Below are positions 37,901 to 47,146 of a DNA stretch of 64,000 nt, in pieces (within the stretch, counting starts at the first letter, position 1; each line of letters opens with the position of its first letter). The stretch covers positions 48,018-112,017 of the forward strand of contig BCKQ01000015.1 in assembly GCA_001600695.1 (NCBI GenBank). The letters are read 5' to 3'. Source of the DNA: Ascoidea asiatica JCM 7603. Its lineage: Eukaryota > Fungi > Ascomycota. A program made the translations under genes and the position numbers. The notes under the pieces were generated by a model. The model was not told the origin of the DNA. It worked only from the letters and a program-made list of their open reading frames with translations, and did not search any database.

Positions 37901-40900
37901 GGTCAAAGACTGTGCACTTGAATCTATTATTTCGGAAGAAGTATCATTGAAAAAAGAAAAGTCTTCGAAAAGAGTATCTAAAGTACTCTCATTTATCGGA
38001 GGAGGAAGTTCCGGAATAGAAAATGTAGGCTTTATAACTTCGAAAGATTTTAAGTAAAAATCATCTCTATTTTGAGGCGAAATAATAAAAGGGACCCGAT
38101 GAAAAGGAGCATCGTGATTAGTCAAATGTTCTTGCTGAAGTCGGTGTTGATTCTTGAAATCTCTTTTTAAACCAAAATTTGATAAATTGACAGAAGTTTT
38201 CAAACCTCCAAATATTTTTGATTTATTATTGTTATCGATTACATCTGCAGTTACTGATTTTATCTTAACATCTACCCTTGAACTAAATCGATCATTTGAG
38301 AAATCATTTAACTTAACAGATATTGGCTTCAATAATATTGAAAAAGCTGACGTTTGTAACTCATCTGTTAATTTTATGGAAATCAAAGGACATGAATAAG
38401 AAAATATAGTAGCATCATTGATTACAGGAATTGGCAAAAGAGAAGAATTCTCTAGATCGTTATAACCATAAGCTATTTTAGATATTGAATCGATTAACGA
38501 GGCCAAAAAACTTGCTTTCGAATTTATTAAAACCTCACCATTAGTAATATTCCATTTACAAAGATAAGTTGGCTCAGTAGGAGGTAAGCCAAACATTCTA
38601 TGACCATGAATTATTAAAGAATCAATGAACATATCCGGCCTTTTCAGAAAATTAAGATTCTTGCTTAAGTTTAAAGCTAAATCATCATCAAATAACTCTT
38701 GTGTTTTTATATCATTGATTAGCCTTCCATTGAGCGGAGTAATATCGCATTGTAAATCCATATAATAATTTGTAAATCTAATATCAATATCAAATGTGGG
38801 CAAATTTAAAGCAATATGTGAGTCACAATCGTATAAATTTACCGGTAAAATTAAACAACCATTATCAATGGAATATGAGAATAGAACATCAATTTGATTC
38901 TCTACTCGCTGTTGTGAATAAGCCCTTTTAGATTTCAATGTGGTATTAGTAGGAGAAAAATCCAGATTCTCCAGTGAACTATCTTTATTATTAATATTAT
39001 CTGAATCTTTATTATTTCTATTTAAGTTTTTAGTTGATTCTGTATATTCTTCTAAAGTTTTAAAGTGAATGTTTTCACCGAAATAATTTTCCATTATCAT
39101 TAAAATGTGTTTAATGAAAAAACCATAAGCAATGAAAGTAACATTTTTTGAGTCACAGTTGATTACAATTGAATCAACATTATCATCATTTATTAAGGAA
39201 TTATATGTATATGAACCGTTGATTTTTAAATCGTATGCTTTAGCACATTTATTAGTTTTTTTGCTTAGATTTGAATTGGTTTGATTCTTATTTGAATTTT
39301 CAGAGGGATAGTTTTTTGAATCATTGTTTTCGTAGAAAAAGCTATTTAGAGTATGCCAAGAAGGAGGATGTATTTTCATTGTAAATAAAGGGGAAGTGAT
39401 ATTGAATTTGATTTCATTTGATTTAATATATATTTGATTGAATGGCAAATCCAATTTGATATTTAAAGAATTTCCATTAAAAGATAAATATAGATTTTCA
39501 TCAAAATTTATTGGATTATTGATTATATTTTTCTCATTTATATTTAAGAGAATTTTGAAATTATCAATTAATTGCCAGTTTAATTTATATATATATGGTC
39601 TGAATAAATTATAAGTTGAAATAATTTCATTATTGTAGTTTGGATCATTTTTCGGCAAATGAAATTCTGAAAAATCATTAATTAAATCTGTGAATAGATT
39701 AACATGATCTCTTAATAAAAAGGTTATTAAATTTTTAGTTATGATATTAAAATTCCATGTCACTTGATTATTCCACTTTAAGGGATAATTTATTAATATA
39801 TTTACAATTGATTCATTACAATTGAATAAAATATCATGATTTAACGAAGATTTTATTATTAATTTTTTTAGAATTAAATCAATTTTTGTATTAAAACCGT
39901 GTTCAAAAGAAACTAAATCTGATCTTATATCAATCGAGGAATCTTTAAGGAAGCTAAATTCTAGCCAAGGAAAAGGTTTATTATAATTTTTATTTTTCTC
40001 ATTATCGTTATTTTTTTCATTATTATCATCATTGTTTTTATTACCATTACTAACAGTACTATTAACATTATCATCATTTTCATAAATACTATTTTTCCCA
40101 TCTTGATTATTATTACTAACACTTTGATTTAAAAATTGGTCTTTTGAAATCTCTTTAAAAGGAATTCGCAAAATTGTATTATTATCAATAAAATTAATTT
40201 TTATATTGAATTTAGTAAAAATTCTTTTTTTTAAATCACAAAATTGATTACTCAAATTTTTATAATTTAAATTTGTGGGCATAAAAAAGTTGTATAATTG
40301 AATTTTTTTTTTATTATTCCAAGGACCAAAATAAAAAATCGAGTTTGATAAATTTATTATAAAGCCATAGTCTAAAGGAGGATTATTTGACATTGAATCT
40401 TTTTTTGGAATATTATAAAGATATTGCAAATTACACATAGAAGATTCTAAAATAGTACTATAAGCAGCATATTCCAATGTATTACTATTATTATTATTAT
40501 TATTATTTACATTATTATTTATATTATTATTTATATCAAATTTTATATTCAAAGGCTTATTTATGGGATTTATAGGAGAATGAATATTACCCGAAGTGTA
40601 ATTTGAATGATTAATTGATGAACTATTGGTAGAAGAGTTAGAATTAAATGTTGAAGTAAATGGAAAATAAGAGTTTGAAGAGTTCAAAGAATTTAATGAA
40701 TTTAATGAAGATAAAGAAGCATTATTTAATATATATTTATAATTTATATTGAAATTTTTAAAATAATTATTATATTGAGGTAAACCATTCCAAGAGTTTT
40801 CTTTTGACGAATTATTGTTACTACTAAAATTATTTTTATTTTTATTTTTATTTTTATGACTTTTTGTTGATAAATTTAGGAAAGACCATATTTTTTTATA

Positions 40901-41872
40901 TTTTTTATATTTTTCATATTTTTTATTTTTATTAATATCATTATCAAAATGCTTCATATTATCATTAATATTGTGATTATTGTTGTTATTATTTGTTTGA
41001 TTATAATTTAGATCAGGATTTAGATTAGGATTTAGATTAGGATTTTGATTAGGAGAAGAAGGAATCATTACTGGAATTGAGTTTTTTGAATTATAAATAT
41101 CATTTATATTTACATTATTTTTTAGATTTTTATAATAAATTATATTGTCTTTTAAATTGATTTTTAGTTTATAAATGTTTAGATTTATTAATTGATTATA
41201 CAAATCTAAATTATTATTACTCAATTTCAATAAATTTATTGAACCATTTAAATTGTTAAAAGAAGCTAATAGTATTGAAGGTAATAAATCATTTCCAATT
41301 ATTATTGAACCTCTTTTAATTGAAAGATGTAAAGGAAATAACCTTTGTAAGTAAACTAAGAGATTATAATTATAAGCATAGTCTTGATTATTATTATTGT
41401 TATTATCACTGTTATTATTATCACTATCGTTACTATTATTGTTTTTATTATTATTGGTAATATTATTTTGTAAATCTTTATATAAAGAATCATATAAAGA
41501 AGATCTATTATAAATAAATAATTCAAACCCAATAATTGAAATATTAATTTTATCAAATTTTTTATAATTAAAATTCAAATTTAAAATAGAATTTAAAAAA
41601 TTCCAGTTGACTTTTAATAAATTTATAATTAAAATATAATCATTATTTATGATTATTAGATTTTTAATAAATAAATTTCCAGTTAAAAAAGATAATCTAA
41701 TTGATTGAAAGTTTACAGTGAAAGTTGATTTCAATAAAATTTTAAATATAAAATTCAAAAAAAAGCATAAAATTAAAGCAAAAAATCTGTTAAAGAAGAA
41801 AAAAACAGATAGAGATATTAAAACAATTAATATCCAAAGAACTAAAAAAACCCAGGAATATTTGGGACTCAT
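31967..41872 (-). CDS. CSF1: Csf1, bridge-like lipid transfer protein (BLTP1 family)
   Basis: 3301 aa with N-terminal TM; LEYAAYSTIL, RFTNYYMDLQ, HGHRMFGLPPTEPTYLCKW, LSCEPTAKV and C-terminal APQIKELGDATPPLEWFG. Confidence 0.93.
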   Translation of the reverse strand: MSPKYSWVFLVLWILIVLISLSVFFFFNRFFALILCFFLNFIFKILLKSTFTVNFQSIRLSFLTGNLFIKNLIIINNDYILIINLLKVNWNFLNSILNLNFNYKKFDKINISIIGFELFIYNRSSLYDSLYKDLQNNITNNNKNNNSNDSDNNNSDNNNNNNQDYAYNYNLLVYLQRLFPLHLSIKRGSIIIGNDLLPSILLASFNNLNGSINLLKLSNNNLDLYNQLINLNIYKLKINLKDNIIYYKNLKNNVNINDIYNSKNSIPVMIPSSPNQNPNLNPNLNPDLNYNQTNNNNNNHNINDNMKHFDNDINKNKKYEKYKKYKKIWSFLNLSTKSHKNKNKNKNNFSSNNNSSKENSWNGLPQYNNYFKNFNINYKYILNNASLSSLNSLNSLNSSNSYFPFTSTFNSNSSTNSSSINHSNYTSGNIHSPINPINKPLNIKFDINNNINNNVNNNNNNNSNTLEYAAYSTILESSMCNLQYLYNIPKKDSMSNNPPLDYGFIINLSNSIFYFGPWNNKKKIQLYNFFMPTNLNYKNLSNQFCDLKKRIFTKFNIKINFIDNNTILRIPFKEISKDQFLNQSVSNNNQDGKNSIYENDDNVNSTVSNGNKNNDDNNEKNNDNEKNKNYNKPFPWLEFSFLKDSSIDIRSDLVSFEHGFNTKIDLILKKLIIKSSLNHDILFNCNESIVNILINYPLKWNNQVTWNFNIITKNLITFLLRDHVNLFTDLINDFSEFHLPKNDPNYNNEIISTYNLFRPYIYKLNWQLIDNFKILLNINEKNIINNPINFDENLYLSFNGNSLNIKLDLPFNQIYIKSNEIKFNITSPLFTMKIHPPSWHTLNSFFYENNDSKNYPSENSNKNQTNSNLSKKTNKCAKAYDLKINGSYTYNSLINDDNVDSIVINCDSKNVTFIAYGFFIKHILMIMENYFGENIHFKTLEEYTESTKNLNRNNKDSDNINNKDSSLENLDFSPTNTTLKSKRAYSQQRVENQIDVLFSYSIDNGCLILPVNLYDCDSHIALNLPTFDIDIRFTNYYMDLQCDITPLNGRLINDIKTQELFDDDLALNLSKNLNFLKRPDMFIDSLIIHGHRMFGLPPTEPTYLCKWNITNGEVLINSKASFLASLIDSISKIAYGYNDLENSSLLPIPVINDATIFSYSCPLISIKLTDELQTSAFSILLKPISVKLNDFSNDRFSSRVDVKIKSVTADVIDNNNKSKIFGGLKTSVNLSNFGLKRDFKNQHRLQQEHLTNHDAPFHRVPFIISPQNRDDFYLKSFEVIKPTFSIPELPPPINESTLDTLFEDFSFFNDTSSEIIDSSAQSLTRNNTVSDASETTKSSVDNHPRQKNPFSYLPDSSLALDEVNSSKDSFLEAEMSVDPSQVESILSPQIAKGNTKYESDSLVLELTTLDFFFSSKAVLLLSSILECFLDFSVNSIMDKLQINAISDLEEFLNCNSNKMFLRVLIRSSNIRFGDFEDFSLDAIFGDENLSSLIDFPYIEMKIVNVSSAIEIVTNFDRSIADINEINKTKNISLATQAKGVWTSLIRTESHNPETVAGLSFIGVEAWYSDLGEKDDVGSLHVDDFNLMTDSELLPWIAQYFEDLSRSLFLITESFSRVMNNHRKSDIELLYKISKGSTEHEVHHDPAVLTKPMFITRLSKTHIRNNDSWRFVTRLRHVLMNLPQSWFEETSECLKSCKWEAPANSLSYVLDVFSHWRSWEDFQIADSHIIKSVYNGISTATKKHKKFEVVISSILYRLISPVEENFLAINCLNCEIFNEKAEYEGLQKKNTLFPSLINDFKITLNIFSLSSKITPLALCFLTLLNGHNSSYDSSSSKSTNFNSSLTLKESNLYKNSFVYHFVMFLESIELNIMIDETSYSLKLLDFSFAGLVLAHSIQSICSSNLNLDVASMCIKALLKNEFAGSYRLEGLSSKVVLSDSISTGLKVVQLDLKKSDFIFNKGTDFYVDFIQTIQNNEAEVISSFIKKYRQSKSEKHQPREHEETSFQCYFDLLINSKWIIKISIEQILWDIKLVSPLRFTGCILDVSSMLYFVNTILVIDIFVGQNTQKIYHNDTNDISNNFSMVEISHDFFSVISKSKFSKITEFENSISTINIKCGTVNINISELFRFIEILISNIGLIQGNFKMIKKLISLIGKLENGLSDTNPNNNSKEVSVILEKLKYKADLSFESIEFVTNINETKAKMQISKVHSHCLNFLPVHDSNSNINSYGDVYISVVDIFIFDPIIPIDMSKLLSFNLAIQVKNLDTKSFDNRHLEMMSHFFRVCLNPFILVTILEISDTLSYIFENYSSEKFKSPSPSTPSSQEFDLGNSIATLFGFHSIHILINQVCLGWAFDKSGSGENSVKGLIAGCSEVFTVLERNVGRLTIKNGYLAEAFGSSSENYYHHINDSLPMNCSLLPTIQISYLVKKGKGRIRDIEMEVKGEELDIKCYSYSVSLIIQALLGSIVLTQNIKSKRIPQRSSDSKKSVQESGFDLYSLGFGSIDCRMSFDGAQVEIVKSVQGLTKVNNNSSFVLHSPKVQFEIFYQSKAANIIQSLIFETTIFPSDNKLDAKCVPILLDMWLGFKEMMKDLEPVSDGVEQKHIPESTDESKSPSINLIRIFRDFNFQAAFYIQPQKFSLSCEPTAKVKAIVASKNIIVKANNICKGKTTDMVTISLLLAGISTSLQHIYSRETSGSVEVNEILINFILSGEESMKMAASFLINDVSSYVNLKQFQDIDMFRDIWFPSEFYSDNDSTVGSFGLREDEEETTVIEALATKLQEASSTKAVPWSFTLILQNTKLVLDIGQSLGIATLSLDRLWLTSKKAKKWGQNMTFGLDNIDLICEGRLEGNVLLKNLRLNSVISWTESSKIPLMLVSISLKKLQIKTSFDYHCFFIASIDDFAVNLFNQKDVDGFFHDRLVAMSNCFSINIYLTSLSASNFFDIYSTFSRISEDKKTSYNDILSDKSFNAPSELSKMNHFRDQISRVMNRLKTELDVTLHKVVIQIYPSSLTDSQVLIFNPGEISAKYSRDEKKKEDIEHVLYELDEIDSTALSSYTSIMQSNLSLILRDFHVKLSTFKEQISEEEFNQVSVDQFIENSLKAIGGGIFIFPSLNVSMSTFDNTLLSNRVYYYFDSSFGGKVDIRWNLRYINFIREMWMAHERAWIARTSKSFVEENEKKVSNKTSSNNNEVIEENGYSNNNKNDVNDKFLKDNRDDFTNNPEIHPKIKDVKLNSKYIYIPIHPAHIEAPQIKELGDATPPLEWFGLNRQKFPGLAHQFVMISLNKIVEQVEIEYAKILGKI

Positions 41873-42497
41873 TACTCATTGTTTAAATTCTTTGAAAGAA
41901 TAAGAGATTGAGTATCAGTTGATCCTGTTAATTGATAATTATTAATTGATTGATGCTTATATTTGATTGATTAGTCTTTATTTTATATCTTATATTATTA
42001 TTTATTGTTTATTGTTTTCTTTATCTTTATTTTTATTTTCATTATTTACTTGATTATTATTTTTTATCAATTAATTGTAACAGCGTTAATGTCAATGTTC
42101 ACTGCAATCAGTCAATCATTAAATTAAATTATCTGTTTACAAATATCTCGGATACGGATTTATAAAATCCAGGGTGGATTTGAATTCCAGAAAAAAGAAA
42201 ATCCACAAAGCTGGTCTCTTCTTCTTTGAATTTTAAATTTTTACCACTTGAATGGTACGGCACCATCCTAGTGGTTAAGACAGATTTGTTCAAGGGTTGT
42301 GGATCTCAAGAAGTAGATCAGGATGTCGTAACCCGAGGTATGGTACTATTCAGTTAGATAACTCGATAATAAATAAACTGTCATTATTATTACTACACAG
42401 TAATGGATAAGACGAATAATAAATAGATAAAATAAATATATAAATAAATAAAGAAGAGAATATTGAACTAAATAAAGGTATGTGAATATTTCTTTTG

Positions 42498-43643
42498 TTA
42501 TTTTGAGACTGGAGTTGAAGATTCTGGTTTTTTAGCGATGTAAAGCATCATTGGAGTAAACAATTTTTGTTTACCTCCTTCTACTAAATTGACTGCAGCT
42601 TCTTCTAAAGCATCAGCTACTTTAACAGATCCTTTTGGTACTAAATGTAATTTCTCAAGACAAGATAATGAATTAGTTGTGATTGTTCTACCAAGATTTG
42701 AAGTTCTAAGCCATGTTAATAAATCATTGAAATTTTGAACATATTTCCAATCACCAGCTAAAGGATAATACCATGGAGTTTCATCTTCATTATCTGCTAA
42801 ATCATCTTGATGAATTATCTCAAATCCAACAGATTTAAGAGCTTCTTCTGCTACACTTCTTGAATACATTTTTGGTATACCATCTCCTAATTCAATACCA
42901 TAACAAATTTTTCTATGTTCTTCATTTTCTGGATTATATTTATCTGTCATTACCCATTCATAAACACCAAATACACCGCCTGGTTTTAAAACTTTATAAA
43001 TTTCACTATATACTCCATCTAATTTTGGAGCATGAACAGTTGCTTCAATTGCATAAACTGCATCAAAAGATTCTTCGGGAAATTCCATTTTCATAAAATC
43101 ACCTTTAACATAAGTTAATTTATCTTGTAAATTATTTCTTTTTGCATAATTATTAGCTCTTTCAATTTGATAATCATTATTATTTAAACCAATAATTCTA
43201 CAATCTGTAAATTTTTGAATTTCTCTGGATGGACCACCAACACCACAACCAACATCTAAAACGGTGAAACCTTTTTGAATACCCATTTTATAAGCTAAAT
43301 AATCTTCATGTCTATGAATTGCATGTTTAAAAGTATCATATTTATAAAATCTACAAAAATGAAAAGATGAACCCCAACCATATTCATAAAAATCAGTTAC
43401 TAAATTATAATAATTATTTGTTCCAGTTGTATAATCTTCTAATCTTCTATCTTCAGCTTCTTTGTCTGTTTTACCATCCCAATGTCTAAAATATCCTTCA
43501 ATTGCAACTTCTTGAGCAGATTTGTTTTTCTTAAATAAAGCTGTTAAACCAGTTTTTTGAACTGAATCTTTATGATAAGATTCCGAAAATTGTTTATCTT
43601 GTAATTTACTTTGAGTTGATTGATTTTCTGTTGAAGAAGACAT
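42498..43643 (-). CDS. ERG6: Sterol C24-methyltransferase
   Basis: [39 protein letters not shown]. Confidence 0.98.
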   Translation of the reverse strand: MSSSTENQSTQSKLQDKQFSESYHKDSVQKTGLTALFKKNKSAQEVAIEGYFRHWDGKTDKEAEDRRLEDYTTGTNNYYNLVTDFYEYGWGSSFHFCRFYKYDTFKHAIHRHEDYLAYKMGIQKGFTVLDVGCGVGGPSREIQKFTDCRIIGLNNNDYQIERANNYAKRNNLQDKLTYVKGDFMKMEFPEESFDAVYAIEATVHAPKLDGVYSEIYKVLKPGGVFGVYEWVMTDKYNPENEEHRKICYGIELGDGIPKMYSRSVAEEALKSVGFEIIHQDDLADNEDETPWYYPLAGDWKYVQNFNDLLTWLRTSNLGRTITTNSLSCLEKLHLVPKGSVKVADALEEAAVNLVEGGKQKLFTPMMLYIAKKPESSTPVSK

Positions 43644-44076
43644 TATTAATAATAATTTATTGTTGAATTTTGAATTGAAATGAAAAATGTCTTAAAGTTA
43701 GAATATATATAAAATTTAATTAGAATAGGAACTAGAATGTGAAAATATAAAAGAAGAAAACAAAAATTATAAATAATTAGATAATAGTTTTTTTTATAAA
43801 AAAAGAAAAAGCAAGAAGAATAATATAAGTATAAATATAATTAAGTCTGAAAGAATGAGATTAAATGAAAGTTGATGAATGGATAAAGACAAAGTGAAAT
43901 ATTGATAAAGAATAAAAGATAAATGAAATGATAAAAGACAAGAAAAATGAAAAATCACCAATAGAAGCTGTTTACTTACGTTTTTGGAATATTTCACTGA
44001 ATATTTCCTGTTTTAGCCACTTCCGACCACATTTTATTAGCTTCGACCAGTGTCGAGATGTTTTTTATCGTAACTT

Positions 44077-44223
44077 CTAAACGAATTACTGTAGAAATCT
44101 ATTTAGTCAAAACGGGAACGACAATTTCTGCTTCTCGGAACGACAAAGAAACGAGACAATCCCCAAAAAGCACCGATAAACGACGCACGCTCTACTCAAA
44201 CGAGACACCGTTTAATAAAACGA
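44077..44223 (-). promoter_or_regulatory. Cluster of seven co-oriented TCGTT (sterol regulatory element-like) motifs upstream of ERG6
   Basis: AACGA at 44080, 44117, 44139, 44150, 44179, 44199, 44219; the first is a full TCGTTTAG on the minus strand. Confidence 0.65.
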
Positions 44224-44720
44224 CACGCAAGTAACAAACAAGCCACAGAAAAGTTCAGACAATGGGCTGATAAACATTTCTAAATTACGTAATCATATCC
44301 ATATAAATGGATTTTGTGAGGCACGTGTAATAGGATGAGGGAAGTTAGGACACTTTCTATGACATTTTGTTCATGTATGTTAGAGGTAAATTATTTTAAG
44401 TTCTATTTTTTTTATCTTTGATAAATTATAAGAATGTTGTTTAAAAAAAAAAGAGTTGATATTATTAAGATATTAGAGCATAATAGCCAATGACCAACAA
44501 GAAGAGAAATTCTAAATAAGAAATGAAATGAAAATAAGAATAATGTGAAAAACTTAATGCAAAAACCAGTAAAAAATGAAACGATAAATAATTGAAATAA
44601 TTGAAATAAATGAAATAAAAGTAGAAATGAAGCAATGAAATGAAGAAATAAAATAAAATAACTAAATGATATAGGCGATTTAAAACTTATAAATAACGAT
44701 TAAAGACTAGTGATTAATGA

Positions 44721-45083
44721 TTAATCAAATCGGGAGCCATAAGTGTCATAAGATATTGTTGAATCATTAAAAGAATCATAATCTTCATCAATTTTTGATA
44801 CATCATCAGTAAAGGCTATAATTATATAAGAAATTAAAATGAAGTTAGCCATTAAAGCAGATAAACCACCAGATATTAAGTCATTATCAGAAAAATATGA
44901 TCTTATTATTAAAAAAGTTGTTAATGGTAAAATTACCATTGCAGCTGTGAAAAATGTAAATTTTCTTAAAACATTCCTGAATGAAAAAAATAGATTTTAT
45001 TTTGTTAGTATATAATTGATATTATTATATTATATTATTATATGTTGTAAAAATTTAACTTACATTGGTATGACGAGACCCAT
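44721..45083 (-). CDS. VMA21: V-ATPase assembly factor Vma21; exons 45083-45064 and 44976-44721, 87-nt intron, 91 aa
   Basis: Spliced product MGLVIPMNVLRKFTFFTAAMVILPLTTF...ISGGLSALMANFILISYIIIAF with two TMs. Donor GTAAGT, branch TACTAAC 45010-45004, acceptor CAG. Confidence 0.93.
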
Positions 45084-45087
45084 TATA

Positions 45088-45119
<32 letters not shown>
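45088..45119. repeat. (GATT)8 microsatellite directly 5' of the VMA21 ATG
   Basis: Eight perfect copies ending 4 nt from the start codon. Confidence 0.9.
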
Positions 45120-47146
45120 TATTTATTTATTAATAAGTTGATGAGTAGATGAATTAAATTAAATTGAAATATATCAAGATATTTATATGAAAAGACCAAG
45201 TATCTTTTAGTTAATATGTTGATTGTTTATTTGTTGACTAATATATTTGTTTATGATGAATAGAATATTAAAAGAAGCGTAAAGAGTTGAAAAATAAATT
45301 TAGTAAAAGTAGAAAGAGTAAAACAAGTGGGTAGTAATTGTGTGTGATAATTGAGCTATTTTAAATAACAAATAATAAGTCAAATATATTTTATGGAATA
45401 AAGAGTTTATGATTAATTGTTATTTACAGTAGTTATATAAAATAAGATTAACTGACCTGTCATGATAAATTATTATTAAAAGGATTAAAAAGAATTCATG
45501 AGTATTAGCTTGTATTTAAAAGCTTTTAAAAGATTTAAAAAGATTTAAAAGTCTTCAAATTGTTTATGTTTAATATGTTTGATTTGATTAGTTTATTAAT
45601 ATGGTATTTTGTTTAAAATAATAGATACTGATACTGAGTATTTAAAGGATATTTTTAATATTTGTTAATATTTTTATACATATCTTCTTTTTTAAAAAGA
45701 GTAACTAAAATTGGTACTATTTACAGTATCATATGCCAATGAAAAGCAGTGGTGGCTCCGGTGTTACTGCTCCAGGGATAGTGCAACCCTGATTAAAATG
45801 GGAAATAAATATCTTTCCAGAGACTCGCACGCTGGCTTCAGTACTGGTTTGCTGTATTCTCAGCATGGCCTCTGTGGGCTGTTGCCCTGTTTTCCCGGAT
45901 CCGAGCAGCTTTTGAGTGCACTGCTCTATTCATTAAAGTTAACTTCCCTCTTCGATTGAAGCTGGTTGAGAAAAGGCCTAATTTAATTATTTAACAGAAA
46001 CTGATCAGAATTAAAGGAAGCTTGGACCGAGTCGAAAAAGCAGTTCATGATGGAACACAATTCTCTTAGTTACCAACTCAACTTATTCTTCAACTTGCGA
46101 TTAAATTGTATAAAAGTTTCTGAAGGGAATCAAAACTGCTATCACTTAAAGTCTGACTAGTATACTCTTACAATTCTCTTCTACTCTTACCAGAGCGATA
46201 AATCTAACTTTCCAGGAAACAGTCATAATCAAATCCATACTTTTGGTCTTTGGAATCTTAGGTTTCGAGAAAACCTTTACTCTTTTGGATTAAACCAATT
46301 GGGTAATGCCTAAAAGGGAAACCCAAAAAAAAAGCATTTCGGCAAAACGCGCTTGGCGGTAAGGAAAAAGCGGTCCCGCATGTTGATGTTAAGAATTCAA
46401 AAAACAATTGGTTCAACTGAATGATGCGTGGTACAAGTTCTGCGGAGAAAGTTCTGTGGCGTTTGTTTTGCGTGCTGCATTCTGATTCCCCGTTTCCCGT
46501 TCCGAGTTCTGCAGTGTGTGTTTCGCGGGTTGCCTTCATTATGTAATCCGCCGTGCACTTTTGCGCGGCACTTCGATTAACATTCATTTTAGTGTGTATT
46601 TATGAATGTGGAACAACGAGGGTGAAATAAGTCAAGTAAAATGAAACTGAGTGAAATGGAGTAAAATAGACCGTGCAGTAATAAAAGTATTACTAAATAA
46701 TCAAATAATCCATTTTGAAATATTACTTTATTATGAAATATATGGTAAACAATCTATTAACTTCTTAAATATATCTATTCATATTTATAATCCTAATCAT
46801 ATTCATATTCATATTCATATTCATATTCATATCCTTAACTATCCTTATTCAAATCCATATCCAAATCCACAATCTTTATATCAATCAGTGTTCAACTAAT
46901 TAAATATTGAAATTATCCAGCTATCAGGAAACTGATATATTTTACCAAATTTAAATCTTTACAAATAATATTATAATTGAAAGTGAATAAATATAATGCT
47001 TTTGAGTTATTAATTAACAAAACATAAAAAAATTTAAAAAGTAGAAAATTAGAAAATTTAAAAAAAAAGAAAAGACTTTTTTTTTGGTTTGTTTATTTCT
47101 TTATCTATTTTCTTTATCAATTAATATATAAGTTCTTCTTATCAAA

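Noticed and set aside
45773-45791. U1/U2-like TTGCAC loop on minus strand
   Set aside because: No ATACTTACC 5' end, no GTGTAGTA branch-pairing sequence and no convincing Sm site.
45826-45866. TPP riboswitch on minus strand (CTGAGAATAC...GCCAGCG)
   Set aside because: Lacks the UGAU junction, the P4 helix, the GATAAT loop and a P2 partner; not in an intron of a thiamine gene.
45862-45874. U6 snRNA-like AGCATGGCCTCTG
   Set aside because: No adjacent ACAGAGA box and no downstream AAGGATGA.
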